Positions 48,947 to 59,723 are shown, counted from the stretch's first letter. The stretch: DNA of 64,000 nucleotides from Turneriella sp. (GCA_965279515.1 CBDIID010000003.1:1600001-1664000); one strand, 5' to 3'. A program made the numbers and translations. The notes: a model not told the origin generated them from the sequence alone.

Positions 48947-49998
48947 TAGAACTGCCTCAGAAAGTCGAGTTTACTGGCCATAAAATGGCGGATGTCTTCA
49001 ATGCCGTGCTGCATCATCACAAGACGGTTGAGACCTAACCCAAAAGCGGCGCCCTGCCATTCTTCGGGGTTGAGGCCGACATTTTTCAGAACATTGGGGT
49101 GCACGAGACCGCAAGGCAAGACTTCAACCCAGCCCGAATGTTTGCAGACAGGGCAACCCGAGCCGTTGCAGACTAAACATTTCATATCGAGCTCAAATCC
49201 GGGCTCGACGAACGGAAAATAACCGGGTCTGAGGCGGACATCCACCTCGCGCCCGAAGACTTCTGTCAACAATGTCTGCATGAGATGCAGAAGATTGCCG
49301 ACCGAAACCTTGCGATCGATGATCATACCTTCCATCTGGTAAAAAGTATGCTCGTGTGACGCATCGACTTCTTCATAACGGAAGACACGGCCCGGTGCGA
49401 TGATGCGCAGAGGCGGTTTCATCTTCTCAAGCGCGCGGATCTGCACTGTGGAAGTATGTGTGCGCAGCAGATGCCCGGTTACCGTGTAGAATGTATCTTG
49501 CATATCACGCGCGGGATGGTCGTCGGTAAAATTCAGCGCGCCGAAATTATGGTAATCGTCTTCGACCTGCGGCCCATCGACGATCGAAAACCCCATTGAG
49601 GTAAATATTTCTTCGAGTTTCTTTTGCGTCTGCGTGATCGGGTGAATATGCCCCGAGTGCACGGCACCTGTTTTGACGGCCGCAAATTCAGATGGCGTTA
49701 CAGACAAATCGATGAATTCAGTTTCAGCGAGACTGGCAAATTTCGCCTCAGCGAGCGTAGCTTCTTTAGCCGCCAAAAGTGCTTCGAGTTTTGCCTTAAA
49801 TGCATTCGCGGCCTTACCCACAGCGCCGCGCTCTTCGGCAGTGAGCGACCCCAGCTGTTTCATCACACCGGTGAGCGCACCTTTTTTGCCGATGAAGTCC
49901 TGGGTGACTGCTTGCAGAGCCTCGCCCGATGCAGCTGCGGCAATGGCCTCGGCCGCTTTCGGTTCGAGGGCGTTAATTTCGGCGATTAAATCGGCCAT
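48946..49998 (-). CDS. pheS: Phenylalanine--tRNA ligase alpha subunit
   Basis: HPARDMQDTF, LRTHTS, YFPFVEP, AFGLG. Confidence 0.97.
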   Translation of the reverse strand: MADLIAEINALEPKAAEAIAAAASGEALQAVTQDFIGKKGALTGVMKQLGSLTAEERGAVGKAANAFKAKLEALLAAKEATLAEAKFASLAETEFIDLSVTPSEFAAVKTGAVHSGHIHPITQTQKKLEEIFTSMGFSIVDGPQVEDDYHNFGALNFTDDHPARDMQDTFYTVTGHLLRTHTSTVQIRALEKMKPPLRIIAPGRVFRYEEVDASHEHTFYQMEGMIIDRKVSVGNLLHLMQTLLTEVFGREVDVRLRPGYFPFVEPGFELDMKCLVCNGSGCPVCKHSGWVEVLPCGLVHPNVLKNVGLNPEEWQGAAFGLGLNRLVMMQHGIEDIRHFMASKLDFLRQF

Positions 49999-50071
49999 GG
50001 GCCCCGATAGAACAGGGATTTAAGACACCGCGTCAAACTTCCTTAGTTATGCGGGGGTAACAAAAATTTGG

Positions 50072-50099
50072 CGTACGTTTTAAACTTTATTAACGTACG
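50072..50099 (+). promoter_or_regulatory. Inverted-repeat operator upstream of the TA pair
   Basis: CGTACGTT (50072-50079) ... AACGTACG (50092-50099), immediately before ATG 50103. Confidence 0.6.
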
Positions 50100-50102
50100 T
50101 AC

Positions 50103-50333
50103 ATGATTAATGTCACTGAGTTACGGCAAGACATCTACCACAAATTCGACGAAGTCATTGCCAAACAAGAGCCCCTGCTGATCGACCGAAAAGGGCATAT
50201 TCTGAAAATCGTTCCGCTCGGGCGCAATTCGCGTATTGCATCGCTCGAGCCACAAGAGCTGGTCGTGGGCGATATCGACGATCTGATTCACATGGATTGG
50301 TCTGAGACCTGGTCTGAAACCCAGAAACCCTAA
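50103..50333 (+). CDS. Type II TA antitoxin, Phd/YefM family
   Basis: MINVTELRQDIY...DEV...PLLIDRKG. Confidence 0.82.
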   Translation: MINVTELRQDIYHKFDEVIAKQEPLLIDRKGHILKIVPLGRNSRIASLEPQELVVGDIDDLIHMDWSETWSETQKP

Positions 50334-50710
50334 TGGCAATCTATCTCGATACCCATGCGGTGATTTTCCTCTACACAGGCCAGGTACAAAAGCTGTCGGC
50401 CCGTGTGCATGAGCTTCTGGAAAGTGAAGAAATCCGCATATCGCCGATGGTTTATCTCGAATTGCAATACCTGCACGAAATCGGGCGCCTTACCCAAGGC
50501 CCGGAAAAGGTTTTTACCTACCTTGAGGCCCGTATCGACCTCAAGCTCTGTGGCCTGCCTTTTCCGCGGGTGGCGCAGTTTGCTGCACGCGAGGGCTGGA
50601 CACGGGACCCCTTTGACCGCATGATTGTCGCGCAGGCACGGCTGGGCGAGCACCGGCTGATTTCTAAAGATGAAATAATCCTCAAAAACTATAACCAGGC
50701 GCTGAATTAG
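50333..50710 (+). CDS. vapC: PIN-domain toxin, VapC family
   Basis: IYLDTH, ELQYL, RDPFDRMIVAQA, LISKD. Confidence 0.9.
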   Translation: MAIYLDTHAVIFLYTGQVQKLSARVHELLESEEIRISPMVYLELQYLHEIGRLTQGPEKVFTYLEARIDLKLCGLPFPRVAQFAAREGWTRDPFDRMIVAQARLGEHRLISKDEIILKNYNQALN

Positions 50711-50921
50711 GCCAAGGCCTGATTTTATTGGGGGAAATCCTGGCGCTCATGCCAATGCGTCATAAATCTTGGTGCACCACACCATAAACTGATTGACGGC
50801 ATGTTGCGGTTATAGAAAATCCCGCTAATGGTGCGCCGCACTACTGACGACAAATCGAGTGTGAGCACAAGGTTTGCGCCATGATGCACTTTGTATGCAG
50901 CGCAGACCAGAGGAGGAAATT

Positions 50922-51581
50922 ATGAAAGCTAAACAAGCCAACAAACCTCAACCGAGCATAAAATTTATCAAACGCCCCGCCATGTTTTTCGCGGGCTTCG
51001 CATCCATTGCTGTCGCTGCATCGCTATTTGCGGCCTACCCGAAATGGCACCAGCAAGAGACCGAGAACTGGGTCTATTCCTATGTCACCGATCATTTCCC
51101 CGGTAAAGGGGTCGAAAACCTGCAAAAGCTCGCGCAGATTATTTTCCGCGAATCGGCGAAGATCCGCCTCGATAAGGCGTCCGACGGCTCAAAATACGAT
51201 AAGGCCGCCCTGCTTTTGGGAGTGATCCAGACCGAGAGCGAATTCAACCGTAAGGCGCGCTCACCCGTCGGTGCCCGTGGTTTTATGCAGCTGATGCCTG
51301 CAACGGCTGCGCTCTTAAAAGGCCGGCGCCTGTCGCAAGAAGAGATCGTCGATGCCGAGACCAATATCACGCTGGGCGTGCGCTACATCAACGAGATGAT
51401 CCGCGAGATGGGCAGTGTCGAAAAGGCCCTGCTCGCCTACAATGCCGGCCCGGGCGCGGTACGCCGCTGGGGCGGAGTGCCTGCGTATTACGACCATGTC
51501 GTCGCCGGTCACAATAAGTTCCTCGCCTACCGCACCGAAGGCAGAAACGCCCGGCTGGTGCTTGCGCAGCTGGCGGACTAG
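50922..51581 (+). CDS. Lytic transglycosylase (SLT domain)
   Basis: IQTESEF, GARGFMQLMP, ALLAYNAG. GAGGAGG RBS before ATG 50922. Confidence 0.92.
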   Translation: MKAKQANKPQPSIKFIKRPAMFFAGFASIAVAASLFAAYPKWHQQETENWVYSYVTDHFPGKGVENLQKLAQIIFRESAKIRLDKASDGSKYDKAALLLGVIQTESEFNRKARSPVGARGFMQLMPATAALLKGRRLSQEEIVDAETNITLGVRYINEMIREMGSVEKALLAYNAGPGAVRRWGGVPAYYDHVVAGHNKFLAYRTEGRNARLVLAQLAD

Positions 51582-52104
51582 TCTTTCTCCCCGGGGCTGG
51601 GGGAGAGGGCTTTCTCATACACCCAAAACTGCCGTCCCATCCGTTCCCAATCACGGGTGGGATTTCTCCCGTAACCTAACTTGGTATAGAGCTTGTGCGC
51701 GGCTGTCATCATCGGCTGCGTCGACAACACCGCTTTTGGAAATCCGTCCACGAGCGCCTGTGCTTCAAAGCTGCGGCACAATGCTTCGGCAATTCCGTGG
51801 CCGCGTGCCGCCGGTAACACGCCCAACAGCTGCATCTCGGCCTCTTCTACGGTCGCCACCTGCTTATAGGGATTCTGCGCTGTGCCGACGATGATCATGC
51901 CGATGACGTTTTTTTCCGCGCTCAGCGCAAGAAAGATCTTGCCGCGCTTTTGATTTCCGCACTGGCAAAGGCCGTCGGCACCACTGCGGGGGGCGTGAAG
52001 CCGGCATCGACATAGACAGCCCTGAGCAGAGCGGAAATTTCAGCATCAAAACGGTTTTCTTTTTCGTCGCAGGCAATAATTTCAAACACGGGCAAAAACC
52101 TCAC
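51578..52104 (-). pseudogene. GNAT acetyltransferase split by a single-base frameshift
   Basis: The 5' part (..AFASAEIK) and 3' part (RGKIFLALSAEKNVIGMIIV..ARGHGIA..AHKLYTKLGY) join if one A is added to the A4 run at 51948-51951. Confidence 0.75.
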
Positions 52105-52146
52105 AGCGAAACGCGGGAGCGAACAGTTTTTGCCAAGCGCCAGGAC

Positions 52147-53148
52147 CTATTTAAGGCTTAAGACAACTTTCCCCTTTGCCCTGCCGGTTTCAAGATAAGC
52201 AAAAGCTTCTTTGAATTCAGCGAACGGAAACACACGATCGACGATGGGTTTGATGCGGCTGCTTTCAAACAGTTCGCCCAGCTGCTCCAGTTGCCTGCCC
52301 GAAGGCCTGACGAAGAGAAATGCATAGTTTACGCCGGCGCGTTCTGTGCTCCAGGTCTCGCGCAGACTTAGCAGGTAGCAGACGAATTGCAGCAGCGGAT
52401 TTAATCCGAACTCACGCGCAAATTTGGCATCGGGCGGGCCTACCAGTGAAATCAGATGGCCTCCGCGTTTCAGAACCTGGACAGCGCGGCTCGGGTTATC
52501 ATTGTCGACAGAGTCGAGAGCGATGTCGAAATCCCGGAACACATTTTCAAATTTTTGCGCCCGGTAATCCAAGACATGGTCTGCGCCGAGGGCACGAACC
52601 CATTCAACGTTATGTGCGCTGGTCGTCGTCGCAACCTCGAGCCCCATCGCCTTCGCATACTGTATCGCAAAAGTGCCTACGCCGCCGCTGCCGGCTTTAA
52701 TGAAAATCTTCTGGCCTGGCTTTGCATGGGCAATCTCAGTCAGCGCCTGGTGTACCGTCAGGGCATTCAGCGCCAGCGATACTGCTTCCGTAAGACTGAG
52801 ATTACGCGGTTTTAAAGCAAGATCACCTTCAGAAACAGCAGCATATTCGGCGAATGCACCCATGCGTTTTTTGTCGACGCTGCCATACACCTCATCCCCG
52901 GGTTTGAAACGTGTCACGCGGGCGCCCACGCGCACAACTTTGCCGGCAATATCATTGCCCAAAACCAGCGGCAAATTATAGTTCAGCATCGGGCGCATCT
53001 TGCCGTTGCGGATTTTTATATCGACAAAGTTTAGTGCCGCTGCATGCACTTCGACCAGTACCTCGTCAGGTGCCACTCCGGGCTCTGGAAGATTACGTAT
53101 TTCAAGGGCCTCGTTTCCACCATAGTTTTTTAGCACGATTGCTTTCAT
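52147..53148 (-). CDS. NADP-dependent oxidoreductase (MDR / quinone reductase-like)
   Basis: GNDIAG, GAFAEY, AGSGGVG, GRAKGKVV. Confidence 0.92.
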   Translation of the reverse strand: MKAIVLKNYGGNEALEIRNLPEPGVAPDEVLVEVHAAALNFVDIKIRNGKMRPMLNYNLPLVLGNDIAGKVVRVGARVTRFKPGDEVYGSVDKKRMGAFAEYAAVSEGDLALKPRNLSLTEAVSLALNALTVHQALTEIAHAKPGQKIFIKAGSGGVGTFAIQYAKAMGLEVATTTSAHNVEWVRALGADHVLDYRAQKFENVFRDFDIALDSVDNDNPSRAVQVLKRGGHLISLVGPPDAKFAREFGLNPLLQFVCYLLSLRETWSTERAGVNYAFLFVRPSGRQLEQLGELFESSRIKPIVDRVFPFAEFKEAFAYLETGRAKGKVVLSLK

Positions 53149-53255
53149 CGCGTGATAATAACTGACAAGAGAACATTCGACTTGTACAAACGTGCAAAAC
53201 GGCGGATTCCTGAATAAACGGTTTCAGGTATGTCAGACTTTCAGGCTGTTCTGTC

Positions 53256-54041
53256 ATGCGGCATCCCGAACTGCTCTGCCTCTGGGGCAATCGTGCTCTT
53301 TTTATGGGGTATTTGCCTGAATTCGGCATGCGCCGGCAGGGGGCTGCGGCGATCTGCGTGGGCCTTGAACGCGATCTTGAGATTTCCACAGACGAGCGCG
53401 AATGGATTACTTGCCGCACTGCGTTAACGCCTCCCCTGCTCAATCATGCGATCCGGTTTTCGGGCGGCTACTGTGCATTGCTGTTTATCGACACGCATGC
53501 GCAGGACCTGAAAACACTCGCAGCAGCGAATAAAGAACAACACCGTAATGGGCTATACGTCCCGCTGCTTGAAGAAGCGGCCTTGCTGGATATTCTGCAA
53601 CGGATATCCGGGACATCATCAGACGCCGGGCTTAGGGAACTCCTGAAAGAACTCAGCTTCGGCGAACAGCCAGTGCCAACGCCTATGCCAGACGGCGGCC
53701 TCGGGCGCGTCATGGCACACATGCTTGCCCGAATCTCTGAAAATACACCGGTGGAAGAACTGGCAGTCCTTGCCGGAATGTCGGTCTCGAATCTCGAACA
53801 TCAGTTCCGCGAACGGGTCGGCATTCCGCTCAGAATGTTCCGGAATTGGTTTCGCCTGAAGAGCGTTGTTTTATCGGTTTCTAAAGGGAAAAATTTAACG
53901 GATGCCGCGCTCGCCGCAGGCTTTTTTGATTCGGCACATTTTTCGCGTGCCTTCAAGGAAACCTTCGGCCTGCCACCCTCGGAGATTTTCAACCCCCGGC
54001 GGAATTTACGCTGGTTTATAGATACGACAGGCCCTGAATAA
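53256..54041 (+). CDS. AraC family transcriptional regulator
   Basis: LTDAALAAGFFDSAHFSRAFKETFG. Divergent from the oxidoreductase. Confidence 0.92.
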   Translation: MRHPELLCLWGNRALFMGYLPEFGMRRQGAAAICVGLERDLEISTDEREWITCRTALTPPLLNHAIRFSGGYCALLFIDTHAQDLKTLAAANKEQHRNGLYVPLLEEAALLDILQRISGTSSDAGLRELLKELSFGEQPVPTPMPDGGLGRVMAHMLARISENTPVEELAVLAGMSVSNLEHQFRERVGIPLRMFRNWFRLKSVVLSVSKGKNLTDAALAAGFFDSAHFSRAFKETFGLPPSEIFNPRRNLRWFIDTTGPE

Positions 54042-54048
54042 GCTGAAA

Positions 54049-54528
54049 CTAATTCGGCAGTTTACTCTGCTTCACTTTTTCAGCCAGTTGAGCCCGGTAT
54101 TTCTCAAGCGTATCTGCAAGTTTATCGTCAGCCAGCGCCAGAATCTGTGCGGCGAGAAGGCCCGCGTTCTTCGCATTGTCGAGCGCCACTGTGGCAACCG
54201 GAATTCCCGCGGGCATCTGCAGAATCGAAAGTATGCTGTCCCAGCCGTCGAGTGAGTTCGAAGACTTAACCGGAACGCCGATCACGGGCAAAGTCGTGAG
54301 CGAGGCCACCATGCCCGGCAAGTGCGCCGCGCCACCCGCGCCGGCGATGATCACCTGAAAGCCATTGTTTTTCGCCGCCTTCGCGAATTCAAACATCTTC
54401 TCTGGCGTGCGGTGAGCCGAAACAACTTCGGCATGCGCATCGACGCCGAGTTCCTTCAGTACTTCAGCGGCAGCCGACATGATCTTCCAGTCGGATTCAG
54501 AGCCCATAATAATTGCGATTTTTGCCAT
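54049..54528 (-). CDS. purE: N5-carboxyaminoimidazole ribonucleotide mutase
   Basis: [23 protein letters not shown]. Start ATG 54528. Confidence 0.97.
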   Translation of the reverse strand: MAKIAIIMGSESDWKIMSAAAEVLKELGVDAHAEVVSAHRTPEKMFEFAKAAKNNGFQVIIAGAGGAAHLPGMVASLTTLPVIGVPVKSSNSLDGWDSILSILQMPAGIPVATVALDNAKNAGLLAAQILALADDKLADTLEKYRAQLAEKVKQSKLPN

Positions 54529-55643
54529 CAGCTTTTTACCAGCGTTTCGTATTGCTTCAGGAGACCGCCGCGCTCTCCCGTCAGCGTTATGTGGCCGAGC
54601 TTGCGGAAGGGGCGTAAATCCTTTTTGCCATACCAATGCACGCGCGCGCCGGGCATGGCATGGGCACGCGCGATCAGCGTCTCAAACTCGGCTTCGCGGC
54701 CGGCCTCGGGCCCCAACAGGTTCATCATCAGCGATGGCACTGTCGTATCTGCGGCACCCAGGGGGAGCCCCAGAAGAATGCGCACGAGATTGTCGTACTG
54801 GCTGGTCGCCGCGGCTTCAATGGTGTGGTGACCGCTGTTATGCGGCCGCGGCGCCATTTCATTGACGAGCAGCTTGCCCTCTTTCGTAACGAACATTTCG
54901 ACGGCGAGAAGTCCCCTGACGCCCAGGTGGCGCGCCGCACTCGTGGCGATAAACTCCGCGCGGTTCGCGAGATGTTGATGCATGTCGGCCGGGCAAATCT
55001 GGTAACTCAGGATATTGTGCATGGGATCAAAAACCATTTCAACGGGCTCATATGCGACGAAGGCGCCATCTTCGGCCGTTGCGATGACGATCGAGATTTC
55101 CTGGGCGATATCGATTTTTTCCTCGACGAGCGATTCGCCCTCGAAGGCGGATTCGAGATCGTTTTCGCTCTTGAGTACTTTGACACCGTAACCGTCATAG
55201 CCCGCTGTTGCCATTTTCTGAACGCAGGGGAAATCCAAACCGGCGCTCTTGAGTTCTGCGCGCGAATGGAAAACCCTGAAAGGCGCGGTCGGTATATGGT
55301 GTTTCGCGAGAAACTCCTTTTGCCGGCATTTATTCTGGATCGTACTCAGCACCTCACCCGAAGGAAAAACTCTTTTTCCCGCACTGGCAAGCCCGGTAAG
55401 CGCAGCGGCATTGACGTGCTCTGAATCGATTGTCACCGCATCGCAGGGGGCGGCAAAACGCATGACGGTGTCGAAGTCCAGGGCATCGCCCTGGGTAAAA
55501 TAACGTGTGAAGGAGGCCGCCGGTGCTTCGGGATTTTTGTCGAGAATATGGCAGTGCACGCCCAGGCGCATTGCTGCCTCAAGCGTCATACGCGCCAGCT
55601 GGCCCCCGCCGAGAATGCCGATGGTCTTCTGTGGGTTCAGAAT
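54528..55643 (-). CDS. purK: N5-carboxyaminoimidazole ribonucleotide synthase
   Basis: [12 protein letters not shown] lies upstream of the tracked ATG 55589. [23 protein letters not shown]. Start codon unresolved (ATT 55643 or CTG 55640). Confidence 0.92.
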   Translation of the reverse strand: MLNPQKTIGILGGGQLARMTLEAAMRLGVHCHILDKNPEAPAASFTRYFTQGDALDFDTVMRFAAPCDAVTIDSEHVNAAALTGLASAGKRVFPSGEVLSTIQNKCRQKEFLAKHHIPTAPFRVFHSRAELKSAGLDFPCVQKMATAGYDGYGVKVLKSENDLESAFEGESLVEEKIDIAQEISIVIATAEDGAFVAYEPVEMVFDPMHNILSYQICPADMHQHLANRAEFIATSAARHLGVRGLLAVEMFVTKEGKLLVNEMAPRPHNSGHHTIEAAATSQYDNLVRILLGLPLGAADTTVPSLMMNLLGPEAGREAEFETLIARAHAMPGARVHWYGKKDLRPFRKLGHITLTGERGGLLKQYETLVKS

Positions 55644-55704
55644 GTTAGTGCAAGGCTAGAACAGAATCACGGTGTATACGGAAAATAACAGCCGCGCTGG
55701 GCAT

Positions 55705-55744
55705 AAAAAAAGACGGCTACAGGCAGGAGAACCCGACAGCCGCC
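55705..55744 (-). terminator. Probable intrinsic terminator between the DUF1343-like gene and purK
   Basis: GGCGGCTGT-CGGG-TTCT-CCTG-CCT-GTAGCCGTC followed by T7. Confidence 0.65.
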
Positions 55745-55763
55745 AATGTTCGGAGTTAAATTC

Positions 55764-55803
55764 AGCACACGGATGTGCCTACTCCGCCGCCGCTGCGGCG
55801 GAG
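55764..55803 (+). repeat. Palindromic element copy B (intergenic)
   Basis: AGCACACGGATGTGCCTA plus hairpin CTCCGCCGC-CGCT-GCGGCGGAG. Confidence 0.7.
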
Positions 55804-55851
55804 ACATGCGCCCAATACAGAGCAGACCTCGCCCTGTTCAGCCCGGTTCCC

Positions 55852-57081
55852 TCATTTATATAATTTGTATTTTGCCATCGCGGTAACGAAGGCTGCCATA
55901 CGCTTCTTTTCTGCGCGGATAAATTCGTCGTAACTCAGTTCTTCGAGCAGGGCCTTGCGCATCGTGGTTGATCCGGTCTGCGCATCGAGCCCCTGCTTTT
56001 CGGTGAGATGATTTTTCAGCCATTCGTCTTTACCGTTCTTCACATGCCAGAGAAAGAACTCATAGGCGGCGCGCGGCGGATCGACCTTCGTCTCTGAGAA
56101 ATCGAGCTTATAGCCCGGCAGCAGTTTACCCTTGTGTTTGCCGCTATAGGCAAAAAACGGGTAGGGATAAAATTTCACGCCACCCATTTTGGGCAGCACA
56201 GCGTTAGCAAAATCAGGATGGCCGATCTGGCAGAACGGGTCTTTTGTGATACGGCCTTCTTCAATCGACGTCGCCTCAAAGAACACGGAAATCCAATAAC
56301 ACTGGTTCGCCCTGAGATGAGGCAGGTTCGGCGAAGGCGGATAAAAAACGAGGCCGCGGTGCGAATGCGCGGTTTTGGGTTTATACCCCGCCATTTTCTG
56401 GATATGGATTTTTATCTTCAGCTTATAATCGGCGATAAATTTGCGCGCGATTTCGGCATGCGTGAAACCCGGCATAAACGGAATCTCTTCTTCACCGACA
56501 TACGAAAAGTTCGTCTTCTGTGCCACCGGCCCCAACGGGCCCAGGTGCGACGCCGGGTTGGGTACGTCGATGAGGTAGAGCAGCTGGTCTTTGTCGGCTT
56601 TATCCATCGCGCGCATGATGCGGTTTAAGACCGTACGGTAGGTATAGGGCCTGACTCCGGAATCGGGCAAATCGAAGACAATCGCCTCGCAGCCGGCGAT
56701 TTTTTCCTGCAACTTCTCTACGGTCGTCAGATAGATCGTCTCTGGAGAACCCGCTTTGCTTTTGGTATTGCCATGATCATCTTCCTGTCCCGTCAGCCCG
56801 TGCTCGGGAGTAAAAAGATGCGCAAGTTTGATTTCATGTTTTGCCAGTTTTGCGCGGATGTATTTATCGGTCTGCTCCATGGCATCGTAGAGAAAGAAGC
56901 GTCCGAGCCCTGAGGCATTGGTGATAAAACAGACTTCCTTACCCTTGAGGCGTTTAAGGCCTTCTTTAAAGAAGATCTCCGCAGGCGTTCGCTGTGACTT
57001 CGTCTTCGCGGTACTTTTTTTTGCCGCGGCGGAAATCCCCCCTGAGGCCAGGGCCAGTATAACAATAAAAATGGTGCGCAT
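55852..57081 (-). CDS. DUF1343 / NamZ-like (exo-beta-N-acetylmuramidase family) exported protein
   Basis: Signal peptide, ITNASG, LFTPEHGL, FDLPDSGVRPYTY, PPSPNLP. Confidence 0.75.
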   Translation of the reverse strand: MRTIFIVILALASGGISAAAKKSTAKTKSQRTPAEIFFKEGLKRLKGKEVCFITNASGLGRFFLYDAMEQTDKYIRAKLAKHEIKLAHLFTPEHGLTGQEDDHGNTKSKAGSPETIYLTTVEKLQEKIAGCEAIVFDLPDSGVRPYTYRTVLNRIMRAMDKADKDQLLYLIDVPNPASHLGPLGPVAQKTNFSYVGEEEIPFMPGFTHAEIARKFIADYKLKIKIHIQKMAGYKPKTAHSHRGLVFYPPSPNLPHLRANQCYWISVFFEATSIEEGRITKDPFCQIGHPDFANAVLPKMGGVKFYPYPFFAYSGKHKGKLLPGYKLDFSETKVDPPRAAYEFFLWHVKNGKDEWLKNHLTEKQGLDAQTGSTTMRKALLEELSYDEFIRAEKKRMAAFVTAMAKYKLYK

Positions 57082-57162
57082 AGTATAGGGCTGCTAAAAG
57101 AGCGGAGGGCGATACGGCGACCATCAAGAACCTTGACGGTGTGTCTTAAGTGCGAAGATTAA

Positions 57163-58166
<1,004 letters not shown>

Positions 58167-58167
<1 letters not shown>

Positions 58168-58220
58168 GTCGGTCGCGAAGATGCCGTCCTAGCAGCGACC
58201 GACTAGGCGCATCCGTGCGC
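58167..58220 (-). repeat. Palindromic element copy C (directly after ilvC)
   Basis: Minus strand GCGCACGGATGCGCCTA plus hairpin GTCGGTCGC...GCGACCGAC. Confidence 0.7.
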
Positions 58221-58284
58221 ATAAGAGACTTTACGCCAACGGGGCTTCTCAATGGGGTGCTGAACGCCCCGGTGAGGGCCTCTT

Positions 58285-59721
58285 ATGGCTGAGGACGTCC
58301 TCAAACCCTTCAATTTTTCTCCTGAAATTATTGCGCGTATGCGTGATACGCAGGAGATCCCCGTTAACTTTTACAACGCCAACGGACAGGTGTTGATCCC
58401 CCGAAAAGAACAGGCTTCGGGTGATATGATCAATAAGCTGCTGCAGCATATTGGCACCGGCGTCTACTACCGCGAGGGCGACGAAGACAGGCTGGGGATT
58501 AAATCCAGCAAGAAAAACGAAGACGGCCTCAGCGACACCAACCTGATCTCTGAAAAACGTGTCGCCGAGATGACAGAGGCGACCGAGAGCCTTTTTAACG
58601 AACTTAAATTCGCTGCCTTCGGCGCGGTGCATTCGCAGAAGATGCACAGCCAGGTGAATTCCTTCATCACCGATTTTGAGCAACAACCCGATCTCATGAT
58701 AGGCGTAATTAACATTCTCGATTCAGTCAAAGGCGCCTCCACGTCCTCAGACATGTCGCAACAAGCGGTGAAGCGCGCCGTTGTGGCGATGGCACTGAAA
58801 TCACGTTCGATGAAGGCGATGATTAGTAAGGACCGGGGCCGCGGTTCAGAAGCGGTACAGCCGCTGATGATGAGCGGCATGCTGGCGCAGATCGGCAAGA
58901 CAAAGATGAATCTGCCCGAAGGTGGCACGCTCACCGCCGATCAGCGTGCCTATTTGAGAAAATATCCCCTGCTCTCATACCTGATGGTCGCGCATGAACC
59001 GAGTGTCGGGTTCGAGGTCAAGCGCCTGATCCTGAATCAGAAACGCACGCTGCCCGAAAATACCGTCACGAATAACTTTCCCGAATTCCGCTGGATGTCG
59101 ACGACGCTGCAGAACCTCGTCCAGGAGAATGATAAAAAAGGGAAAAAAGAAGTCGCCAGCGATATTCTGCGCCAGCTTGCCGCGTTCAAAGAATTCGTCG
59201 TCTATGAAGAAGATGTCAACATACTGAGCCTCGCGACAGATTTTGCCGAGCTGACCACCGATTCGAATCAGCGCGAGGCGAAAGATCCGATGACGGCCAT
59301 CAAACTCATTCTCAACACTTCGTATTTTCAATATGGTCCGAAGGTTATCCGCGATTTTCTCGACCACATCTCGATGTCGCTCAGCCACAATCAGAAAATT
59401 ATCAAAGACGGCGATCTGCTGATACTCTCGCTTGCCATGGCCAGCGGGCAGACCTATTTCGAAGTGGTGCGCGTTCTCGAAGTCGGCCGATACCAAAGCC
59501 GCGGTATGGTGCAGCGTCTCGGCGTCGTCCACATGACCGTGGTGCACGCCGATGGTCTGCACCACGGTGCCTTCCAGGTCGATTCGTTCCGTCCCGACCC
59601 GCGTAAAATCCGCATCAATCTCGGGCAGGATTTCCTGCGCCGGATCATCTATATTATCGATCCGGTTATCGATCCGCAGCTCTTCGAAAAAATGACGAAG
59701 CGCATTCAGCCCGCGCCCTGA
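58285..59721 (+). CDS. Hypothetical protein with degenerate HD-GYP-like region
   Basis: LAQIGK, KYPLLSY, ILNQKR and ILSLATDFAELTT align with HD-GYP motifs LHDIGK, HP..GY, QHHER and IAVADVYDALT, but the metal ligands are lost. Confidence 0.6.
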   Translation: MAEDVLKPFNFSPEIIARMRDTQEIPVNFYNANGQVLIPRKEQASGDMINKLLQHIGTGVYYREGDEDRLGIKSSKKNEDGLSDTNLISEKRVAEMTEATESLFNELKFAAFGAVHSQKMHSQVNSFITDFEQQPDLMIGVINILDSVKGASTSSDMSQQAVKRAVVAMALKSRSMKAMISKDRGRGSEAVQPLMMSGMLAQIGKTKMNLPEGGTLTADQRAYLRKYPLLSYLMVAHEPSVGFEVKRLILNQKRTLPENTVTNNFPEFRWMSTTLQNLVQENDKKGKKEVASDILRQLAAFKEFVVYEEDVNILSLATDFAELTTDSNQREAKDPMTAIKLILNTSYFQYGPKVIRDFLDHISMSLSHNQKIIKDGDLLILSLAMASGQTYFEVVRVLEVGRYQSRGMVQRLGVVHMTVVHADGLHHGAFQVDSFRPDPRKIRINLGQDFLRRIIYIIDPVIDPQLFEKMTKRIQPAP

Positions 59722-59723
59722 GA

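Noticed and set aside
51583..51612. CCCTCTCCCC...GGGGAGA palindrome at the convergent SLT/GNAT ends as a REP element
   Set aside because: Single short copy in the window; equally explained as a bidirectional terminator-like hairpin.
55690..55856. 6S RNA or known riboswitch (cobalamin, ZTP, PRPP, c-di-AMP)
   Set aside because: Only short fragments resemble these consensus motifs, some on the wrong strand. The central hairpins are explained by the dispersed repeat.
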